From an uncultured delta proteobacterium (GTDB lineage Bacteria; Desulfobacterota; Binatia; JACPRU01): a stretch of DNA of 64,000 nt. The notes beneath the pieces are model-generated. The model made no database searches. It saw only the letters and a program-made list of their open reading frames with translations, and was not told the DNA's origin. Below, one piece after another: positions 56,650 to 64,000 of the stretch. The DNA is taken from assembly GCA_963745025.1 (NCBI GenBank), contig CAVUWD010000012.1, positions 32,001 through 96,000 on the forward strand, read 5' to 3'. Numbering within the stretch: the first letter of the stretch is position 1; each line of letters opens with the position of its first letter. Position numbers and translations under genes: made by a program.

Positions 56650-57936
56650 ATGGTCACAAACCAAGATTTGATGGCACGGCGCAACAACGCGGTGGCGAGG
56701 GGTGTCAGCCAGTCGCACGCGATCTTTCTCGAGCGCGCCCAGAACGCCGAAGTCTGGGACGCCGAAGGACGCCGCTACGTCGATTTCAGCGGCGGCATCT
56801 CGGTTCTGAACACGGGGCACCGCCATCCGCGAGTGATCGACGCGGTTCGGCGCCAACTGGAAAAATACACTCATAGCTGTTTCCAGGTACTCGCGTACGA
56901 ACCCTACGTCGCGCTGGCGGAGCGTCTCAACCGGATCACGCCCGGCGCAGGCAAGAAGAAATCCATCTTCCTGAATAGCGGTGCCGAGGCGGTCGAAAAC
57001 GCCGTCAAAGTCGCGCGCCACTACACCCACCGCTCAGCGATCATCGCCTTCGCGGGCGGTTTTCACGGGCGCACCCTGTTCGCGCTGGGATTGACCGGCA
57101 AGGTGCATCCTTACAAGGCCGGCTTTGGACCGTTTCCACCCGAAGTCTATCACGCGCCCTATCCCAATACGCTGCATGGCGTGACCGTGCAGGACGCCTT
57201 CGATGCGATTGAGCGCTTGTTGCACGACGATGTGGAGCCGTCGCGGGTCGCGGCGGTGATCGTCGAGCCAGTGCAGGGCGAAGGCGGCTTCAACATCGCC
57301 CCCCCAGAGTTCTTGGTAGGACTGCGCGAGCTATGCGACCGGCACGGAATCCTGTTGATCGCGGATGAGGTGCAGACGGGTATCGGGCGCACCGGCAAAA
57401 TGTTCGCCATCGAGCACAGCGGCGTCGTTCCCGATCTCATCACGCTTGCCAAGTCACTCGGCGGCGGATTGCCGATCTCGGCAGTCGTCGGTCGCGCCGA
57501 AGTGATGGACTCGGTCGATCCCGGGGGCCTCGGCGGCACCTTCGCCGGCAATCCCCTGGCATGCGCAGCGGCGCTCGAAGTGCTGGACATCGTGGAAGAT
57601 GAAAAATTGCTGGAGCGCAGCACAGCGATCGGGAGGCGGCTGGTCAAAGGCCTGGAACGCTTGGCCACGCGGTACAAGGCGATCGGCGATGTGCGGGGAT
57701 TAGGCGCGATGGTGGCAATCGAACTGTTCGTCGGCGGCGACCTGGCGCGGCCCGACGCGGAGCTGGCAAAGAGCCTGGTGCGCGTCGCCGGCACCAAGGG
57801 CCTGATCATCCTGAACTGTGGAAACTACGCGAACGTCATCCGCGTGATGGTGCCGCTGACGGCATCGGACGACATCCTCGACGAGGGCCTGCGAATCCTC
57901 GGGGAAAGCTTCGCGGAGCTGTTCGCGGACGAGTGA
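56650..57936 (+). CDS. gabT: Omega-amino acid (4-aminobutyrate-type) aminotransferase
   Basis: GGAG then ATG at 56650; NSGAEAVENA, FHGRT, EPVQGEGG, DEVQTGIGRTG, AKSLGGG, GGTFAGNP. Confidence 0.93.
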   Translation: MVTNQDLMARRNNAVARGVSQSHAIFLERAQNAEVWDAEGRRYVDFSGGISVLNTGHRHPRVIDAVRRQLEKYTHSCFQVLAYEPYVALAERLNRITPGAGKKKSIFLNSGAEAVENAVKVARHYTHRSAIIAFAGGFHGRTLFALGLTGKVHPYKAGFGPFPPEVYHAPYPNTLHGVTVQDAFDAIERLLHDDVEPSRVAAVIVEPVQGEGGFNIAPPEFLVGLRELCDRHGILLIADEVQTGIGRTGKMFAIEHSGVVPDLITLAKSLGGGLPISAVVGRAEVMDSVDPGGLGGTFAGNPLACAAALEVLDIVEDEKLLERSTAIGRRLVKGLERLATRYKAIGDVRGLGAMVAIELFVGGDLARPDAELAKSLVRVAGTKGLIILNCGNYANVIRVMVPLTASDDILDEGLRILGESFAELFADE

Positions 57937-58148
57937 GCTTGGAACCGTGATCCACCCAAATCCTCACTGTCCACAGACCGGCGGGCGGGCGATCGGAGAA
58001 CCGAACTGGTGGAGCTCGTCAGGCGGGCGCTGAAGAGCCGCTATGGCGAGGATGCGGGACTGCCGATCCGCGATCAGCTGATGACGCCCTGCCGCAGGAA
58101 GCCGGGCATGTGCGCGGCTAGCGAATCGTTCTTGAGAGAGGAAGCCAA

Positions 58149-59900
58149 ATGACTCACAACGTCGACCCAATCACTTTGGCCGTGGTGCGAGGCGTGCTGG
58201 AGACCACGCAGCGAGAGATGACATTGACGCTGGAAAAGACCGCCCGCTCCAGCGTGTTCAACGTGGCGCATGACTACAGCAACGCGCTCTTCAATCACAG
58301 GCCGGAGATGATCCTCCAGGGGCAGGACATCCCGATCCATCTCGGCGGCCTGATCCCCGCCATGAAAGCGGTCGCTCGCTTTTTCGGCGACGAAATAGCC
58401 GAAGGCGACGTCATCTATCACAACGATCCGGCATACATGGGAAGCCACATTCTGGACTGCTGCATGTACAAGCCGGTCTTCTACAAGGGCGAGCTGGTTT
58501 TCTGGGCTGTATGTAAAGGACACGTGACCGACATCGGCGGCCCGGTGCCTGCCGGTTACAACCCTGAGGCCAAGGAGATCTACGCTGAGGGCTTGCGCAT
58601 CCCGCCGGTCAAGCTTTGGGAGAAGGGCAAGCCGCGCAACGATGTGATCAACTTCATGTTGACCAATATGCGCTCGCGGCGCGACCAGGAAGGAGACCTG
58701 CGCGCGCAACTGGGTGCGGTCTCGGTCGGCGAACGAAACCTGATCGCTCTGCTCGATAAGTATGGAGCGGACACCGTTCGCGAATGCATCGATGAGCTGA
58801 TGGATATGGCCGACCGCCACATGCGGCAAATCATGCACTCGCTCAAGGACGGCATCTACGAGGGAACCGCGGTGCTCGAGGACGCCGGCCACGGCTACGG
58901 CGAGTTGACGATAAAAGCTCAGGTCACGATCGCCGGCGACAGATGCGAGATCAAGGTCACGAGCCCGCCGCAGATTCCCTACTTCATCAATTCTTACGAA
59001 GGCAACTCGGTCTCGGGTATCTATCTCGGCCTGATGATGTTTGCGCAGGTCGACCCTCCGTACAACGAGGGCCTGTATCGCTGCGTATCTGTGGATCTCG
59101 GACCCAAGGGTACGCTCTGCAACGCGATCGAGCCGGCCCCGCATGTGAACTGCACCACGACGCCGATGGAGACGCTGGCCGATGCGGTGCGGCTTGCGCT
59201 TGAGCAGGCCGCTCCGGAAAGGGCGGTGGCCTCGTGGGGCCATTCAAGCGGCGTCAACATCGCCGGCTACGACGCGCGCAACAACGAAAACTACATGACG
59301 ATGGTGCTCGCTTCCCTCATCTCGGGTGCAGGAGCGACACCATACATGGACGGATGGCATAGCTGCGGGCCGCAGTGCTGCTTCGGCGCGCTCAGCTCGG
59401 GCGACATCGAGATCCTCGAGTATTCCTATCCCATCGTGATCCATCGTTACGGTTTGGTACGCGATAGCGGCGGTGCCGGCAAGCATCGCGGCGGCTGTGC
59501 CACAGTTTGGGAGGTGGAACCTATCGGCCACGAGATGACCGTCGTGAGTTTCGGCGAGGGAAGATTCTATCCAGCTCTCGGCGCCAACGGCGCGGTGAGT
59601 GCCAGGCCCGATCTCAAGCTGGGGCGTATCGAGCTGAAGCGTGGCCAACAGGTGCTCGACACGCTCAAGAAGAACACCATCCTGAGAATCCAGGACGGCC
59701 AGCGCGTCGCGGCGATCAACCCGGGTGGAGGCGGCTGGGGTAAGCCCTTCGAGCGCGACCCCGAGTTGGTCGCGGCCGACGTGCGCAACGGCATTGTCTC
59801 GGTCGATGCAGCTCGCGACGAGTATGGCGTGGTGGTGGACGCCTCCACGTTTCGGATCGATGCCGGCGAAACGAGGCGCATCCGCGCGACCCCCCGTTAA
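58149..59900 (+). CDS. capB: ATP-dependent lactamase beta subunit (caprolactamase CapB/OplB-like; hydantoinase B family)
   Basis: VDPITLAVVRG..ET.QREMTLTLEKT.RSSVFN.AHDYSNALF...GSHILDCCMYKPVFYKGELVFW..CKGH, closely resembling caprolactamase beta as recalled. Confidence 0.8.
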   Translation: MTHNVDPITLAVVRGVLETTQREMTLTLEKTARSSVFNVAHDYSNALFNHRPEMILQGQDIPIHLGGLIPAMKAVARFFGDEIAEGDVIYHNDPAYMGSHILDCCMYKPVFYKGELVFWAVCKGHVTDIGGPVPAGYNPEAKEIYAEGLRIPPVKLWEKGKPRNDVINFMLTNMRSRRDQEGDLRAQLGAVSVGERNLIALLDKYGADTVRECIDELMDMADRHMRQIMHSLKDGIYEGTAVLEDAGHGYGELTIKAQVTIAGDRCEIKVTSPPQIPYFINSYEGNSVSGIYLGLMMFAQVDPPYNEGLYRCVSVDLGPKGTLCNAIEPAPHVNCTTTPMETLADAVRLALEQAAPERAVASWGHSSGVNIAGYDARNNENYMTMVLASLISGAGATPYMDGWHSCGPQCCFGALSSGDIEILEYSYPIVIHRYGLVRDSGGAGKHRGGCATVWEVEPIGHEMTVVSFGEGRFYPALGANGAVSARPDLKLGRIELKRGQQVLDTLKKNTILRIQDGQRVAAINPGGGGWGKPFERDPELVAADVRNGIVSVDAARDEYGVVVDASTFRIDAGETRRIRATPR

Positions 59901-59939
59901 GAGCGCGCCAAGCAGCAGACCCGTCAGAGGAACATCGAC

Positions 59940-62027
59940 ATGCCAACCAAATACCGACTTGGAATCGATGCCGGTGGGACGTTCACCGACTTCGTGCTGG
60001 CAGACACTCGAGGTAACGTCCGGCTATTCAAGGCAACTTCCACACCCGAGGACGGCACGGTTGCAATCTCCGACGGCTTGCAGCAGATGGCTGAAGCGCT
60101 CCACATTTCGGTCGGCAACATCACGAGGAACGCGGATCTATGCGTGAACGGGACCACGGTCGCGCTCAATGCCCTGATTCAGCACAAGGGCGTGAAGACC
60201 GGCCTCGTCTGCACGGCAGGCCACGAGGATTCCATCGAAATCCGCCTTGGTCACAAGGAAGAGGGTTATCGCTACGATGCGAAATTTCCTCCTGCGAAGA
60301 TGCTCGCCGAGCGCTACCTGCGCCGGGGCGTGCGCGAGCGCGTCCTCTCCGACGGCACCGTACACACGCCGCTTAACGAGGACGACGTGCGGGCCGCCTG
60401 CGAGTTCTTCAGACGCGAAGGCGTGGAGGCAGTGGCCGTTTCGTTCGTGTGGTCCGTGGCCAATGATGCCCATGAGCGTCGGGCGGCCGAGATCGTGCGT
60501 GAGATGATGCCCGATGCATACGTCTCGGTCGGAGTGGAGGTGTTTCCGCAGATGCGTGAATACACCCGCACGTCGACGGCGGTCGTGAACGCCTACCTCG
60601 GACCGGTGCTTGAAAAATACGTGGGGCGAATCGACCAGTTCTTCGTCGACAAGGGTGTCACCGCACCGGTGCGATACTTCCAGTCGAACGGCGGGATGGC
60701 GTCGCGGGCCAACATGATCTCGCGCGCCGTCAGCGCCATTAACTCCGGCCCCGCCTCGGCGCCGCGCGCCGGGATGTTCTTCGCAAGGCCCCTGGGCTTC
60801 GACAACGTCATCACGGTCGATATGGGAGGCACGTCGTTCGACATCACTCTCACCAGGAACGGCAAGACCAACGTCAGCAAGAACATCGACTTCCTGCGCT
60901 ATCGTGTCGGTACGCCGATGATCCAGGTGGAGACCCTCGGTGCCGGCGGCGGCTCGATTGCCTGGATTGATTCGATGGGGCTTCTCAAGGTCGGGCCCCA
61001 AAGCGCAGGCGCTCATCCCGGGCCGGTCTGTTACAAGCGTGGTGGCACCGAACCGACGGTGACCGACGCCAACGTCGCGCTGGGGTACCTGAATCCCGAC
61101 TACCTCCTTGGCGGCCGGCTCCCGATCGACGGCGCAGCGGCGCGGCGCGCGATCGCCGACAAGGTGGCGCGGCCGCTCGGCCTGTCGCTCGACAAGGCGG
61201 CCTACGGGGTCTTCAACATCGTCAACAACAACATGGTCCACGGCATCCGCCGGGTTTCGATCGAGCGCGGCTACGACCCACGCGACTTCGTGCTGGTTGC
61301 CGCCGGCGGTGCTACCGGCCTGCATATAACCGCGCTTGCCCGCGAGATTGGCGTCCGGACGGTCCTGGTGCCGAAGCTGGCCTCGGGCCTGTGCGCGTTC
61401 GGCCAGATTATCTCCGACGTCAAATACGACTACATGGCGGCCTGCCCGATGCGTATCGACGAGTACACCAGCTTCGACCGCATCGAGGGCTTGTTCCGCG
61501 AACTCGAAGCATCCGCGATGGCCGAACTCGGCAAAGAAGGCTTCACGCGCGACCGGATCAAAATCCATCGCAGCCTGGACATGCGCTACGTCGGCCAGGT
61601 GCACGAATGCTCGGTGGATATCGGCGGCTTGTCCGTCACCAGGGAAAGCATCGGGCAAATCCGCGCTGCGTTCGATGAGCGCCACAAGCAGCTCTACACC
61701 TATGACGAGCCGGAGAGTTTGGTTGAGCTGGTCAACCTCGAGAGTACGGTATACGGCGAGGTGAGCGCGGTCGCGCCGATGCGCATCGCCGAAGCCAAGG
61801 GCGATCCGGACGCGGCGGTAAGGACCTGCCGCAAGATGATCTTTGCCAACGGCAGCGGCATCGAGGCAGTCGAATCGCCGGTCTGGGACGGAGACAAGCT
61901 CGGCACCGGCGATATTTTGACCGGCCCCGGAGTTATCGAGGAAGTCACCACATCGATAGTCATCGAGCCCAACTGGGAAGCCAAACTGCAGGAGACCGGC
62001 GTCTATATCCTGCGGTATTTGGTGTAG
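59940..62027 (+). CDS. capA: ATP-dependent lactamase alpha subunit (caprolactamase CapA/OplA-like; hydantoinase A family)
   Basis: YRLGIDAGGTFTDF.LAD..GNV.LFKA.STP.DGT, GHEDS.EIRLGHKE, INSGPASA, DMGGTSFD. Confidence 0.8.
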   Translation: MPTKYRLGIDAGGTFTDFVLADTRGNVRLFKATSTPEDGTVAISDGLQQMAEALHISVGNITRNADLCVNGTTVALNALIQHKGVKTGLVCTAGHEDSIEIRLGHKEEGYRYDAKFPPAKMLAERYLRRGVRERVLSDGTVHTPLNEDDVRAACEFFRREGVEAVAVSFVWSVANDAHERRAAEIVREMMPDAYVSVGVEVFPQMREYTRTSTAVVNAYLGPVLEKYVGRIDQFFVDKGVTAPVRYFQSNGGMASRANMISRAVSAINSGPASAPRAGMFFARPLGFDNVITVDMGGTSFDITLTRNGKTNVSKNIDFLRYRVGTPMIQVETLGAGGGSIAWIDSMGLLKVGPQSAGAHPGPVCYKRGGTEPTVTDANVALGYLNPDYLLGGRLPIDGAAARRAIADKVARPLGLSLDKAAYGVFNIVNNNMVHGIRRVSIERGYDPRDFVLVAAGGATGLHITALAREIGVRTVLVPKLASGLCAFGQIISDVKYDYMAACPMRIDEYTSFDRIEGLFRELEASAMAELGKEGFTRDRIKIHRSLDMRYVGQVHECSVDIGGLSVTRESIGQIRAAFDERHKQLYTYDEPESLVELVNLESTVYGEVSAVAPMRIAEAKGDPDAAVRTCRKMIFANGSGIEAVESPVWDGDKLGTGDILTGPGVIEEVTTSIVIEPNWEAKLQETGVYILRYLV

Positions 62028-62079
62028 TTGTTTGCGGACGTTGCGATCTCGCTTCCGTAGCTGCTCGTACAGCGTCCCG

Positions 62080-62220
62080 CGGGAGGCCAAGGCACGGGTC
62101 ACATCGGTCGTGGCTGCCAAGTACAACCGGCCGCCGACGTTCATCTACGGCGGGCTGACGCAGCACATGGGAATCACGGGCAACTTCTACAGAGCCGAGA
62201 AGTACCACCAGCGTTACTGT
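62080..62220 (+). pseudogene. Possible remnant of peptide-methionine sulfoxide reductase (MsrA C-terminus)
   Basis: FYRAEKYHQRY at 62185-62217 resembles the MsrA FYxAEEYHQxY motif; no GCFWG motif. Confidence 0.35.
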
Positions 62221-62344
62221 GGGCCACTCCGCGTGGCCGAGTTCCGCCTCGGGGCGTTTCTCACCGTGCGCAGTCGCTGTGAAGCTCAGCGGCTGGTCGC
62301 CTCCGCGCGGTGAGGTTAAGGAAACGGCCAACGAGCAGCCATTG

Positions 62345-63586
62345 ATGCGTAACATCGATCTCGATTTCGTCCGTGCCCAGTTCCCTGCCTTCGCCGAACC
62401 CTCGCTCGAGCGCCAAGCGTTCTTCGAGAACGCCGGCGGCTCGTACGCATGCCGGCCCGTGATCGAACGCCTGAACGAGTACTACCGTCGCCTGAAGGTC
62501 CAGCCATACTACGGCTATCCCGCCTCGCTCGAAGCGGGTGAATGGATGGATGCGGCGCGCGTGCGTCTCGCCGAGTACCTGAACGTGACGCCCGAAGAAG
62601 TGCACTTCGGTCCTTCCACCTCGCAGAACACCTACGTGCTCGCCCAGGCCTTTCGCAAACTGCTGCGGCCGGGCGACGAGATCATCGTCAGCAACCAGGA
62701 CCACGAGGCCCACAGCGGCGTGTGGCGGCGCCTGGCCGCGGATGGTGTTGCGGTCAAGGAGTGGCGCGTCGATCGCGAGAGCGGCGCGCTCGATCCCGTG
62801 GACCTCGATGCTTTACTCAGCGAGCGCACGCGGCTGCTGGCTCTTTCGCACTGCTCCAATGTCGTCGCCCACCTCAACCCAGTGACAGAGATCACCCGCA
62901 AGGCACGCGCCGCCGGCGCCGTCACGGTGGTGGATGGCGTTTCGTACGCGCCCCACGGGCTACCCGACGTCGACGCGCTCGGCGCCGACCTCTACCTGTT
63001 TTCGCTATACAAGACCTTCGGGCCGCATCAGGGCCTGATGGTGGTGCGCAAACCAGTGCTCGAAACGCTCGGCAACGAAGGGCACTACTTCAACGCGGCC
63101 TACGGCCACAAGCGCCTCGTTCCTGCCGGCCCCGATCATGCGCAGGTGGCGGCCGCGCGCGGCGTGGCCGAATACTTCGACGCGCTCGATGCTCACCATG
63201 AGGCTTCCGCGACGGCCGCGGGCCGGCCGCAACGCATCCGACGATTGCTGCGCGATGCGGAGCGGCCCCTGCTCGCGCGGCTGCTCGATTACCTCGCGGC
63301 GCACAAGGGCGTGCGCCTGTTGGGATCGGCCGACCCGGAGCAGCGCGCCGCCACCGTCGCTCTCGTGCCGCTGCGGCGCGCGCCGGCCGAGCTCGTTCCG
63401 GCGCTGGCCGAGCGCGGCATCATGGCCGGCGCAGGTCACTTCTACGCAGTGCGGCTGCTGGAGGCGATGCGTGTCGATCCGAATCGCGGCGTGCTGCGCC
63501 TATCCTTCGTGCACTACACCTCGTCCGAAGACATCACTCGCTTGATCGAAGCGCTGGATGCCGCACTCGCATGCCCGGGACCATGA
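62345..63586 (+). CDS. Class V PLP-dependent enzyme (cysteine desulfurase-like)
   Basis: FVRAQFPAF, FFENAGGS, DHEA, DGVSYAPH, SLYKTFGPH, RLSFVHY. Confidence 0.9.
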   Translation: MRNIDLDFVRAQFPAFAEPSLERQAFFENAGGSYACRPVIERLNEYYRRLKVQPYYGYPASLEAGEWMDAARVRLAEYLNVTPEEVHFGPSTSQNTYVLAQAFRKLLRPGDEIIVSNQDHEAHSGVWRRLAADGVAVKEWRVDRESGALDPVDLDALLSERTRLLALSHCSNVVAHLNPVTEITRKARAAGAVTVVDGVSYAPHGLPDVDALGADLYLFSLYKTFGPHQGLMVVRKPVLETLGNEGHYFNAAYGHKRLVPAGPDHAQVAAARGVAEYFDALDAHHEASATAAGRPQRIRRLLRDAERPLLARLLDYLAAHKGVRLLGSADPEQRAATVALVPLRRAPAELVPALAERGIMAGAGHFYAVRLLEAMRVDPNRGVLRLSFVHYTSSEDITRLIEALDAALACPGP

Positions 63587-64000
63587 ACCTGACGCTACCG
63601 TGCAGGAAGAGAGCCGAGCGCGAAGCGGAACGAACGATGCAGCCAGGCCCAGCGCCGAAGTCATTCTCGGGGAGACGGCGACATCGGCGAGATGCTAAAG
63701 GTGAAGCTAGGCAGGAGTCCGGCGATGCCACAGCTGAGAAGCCTATCGCCCCCCAGGAGGTACGTACTTGGATTCGTCCTTCTTTCGCTCCTAGACGCGC
63801 GGAGTCGGCCAGTCAGTTCCGGTGTTGCGGTGACCAATGACTACTCACAGTTCGAGCGATTTGAGTTCCGCCAGAAGAGTGGGTTCGGATTTTGTCCCCT
63901 TGAAGGGGCACCGTACAAGGCGACGATCGTTCGACGCCCAGCGGGCAGCTATTCATTCGGCGAGTCCGTTCTCGAAGAGAAAGTAATGAAGTCTGCAGAC

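Noticed and set aside
57940-58140. Small gene between gabT and capB
   Set aside because: No clear start/RBS or recognisable motif; may be a remnant
63750-64000. Start of a gene at the window end
   Set aside because: Protein-like stretches lie in different frames with stops; cannot be called from the partial sequence
1-64000. tRNA/rRNA genes and integron integrase
   Set aside because: No cloverleaf or rRNA signatures and no tyrosine-recombinase motifs seen by eye

Overview
High-GC bacterial window (Binatota/Deltaproteobacteria-like, judged from protein style only). 0-11.6 kb is a signalling cluster: a partial DUF6502 gene with an operator-like repeat, a sigma54-type-promoter-preceded PilB/GspE ATPase fused to a double zinc ribbon and a receiver domain, two histidine kinases, a stand-alone His-less DHp mini-protein and a zinc-finger bacterial histone. 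13.4-28.9 kb holds a single-module reducing PKS (KS-AT-DH-cMT-ER-KR-ACP-TE) downstream of an acetophenone-carboxylase-like apcABCD operon with no apcE. 39-44 kb is an integrase-less integron cassette array (two 93-bp attC sites plus one degenerate site, with a BrnT/BrnA cassette). One attC is hit at both ends: by an IS110 whose structured non-coding end carries matches to its own junctions (candidate bridge RNA) and by an IS1634. Lipid and housekeeping genes follow, then a MocR-gabT-capB-capA lactam-catabolism module at 55-62 kb. A dispersed 48-bp hairpin repeat with compensatory substitutions occurs at 8.7 kb and twice at 48.5 kb. Several single-base frameshifts may be assembly errors. All family calls come from motif recognition; no searches were run.
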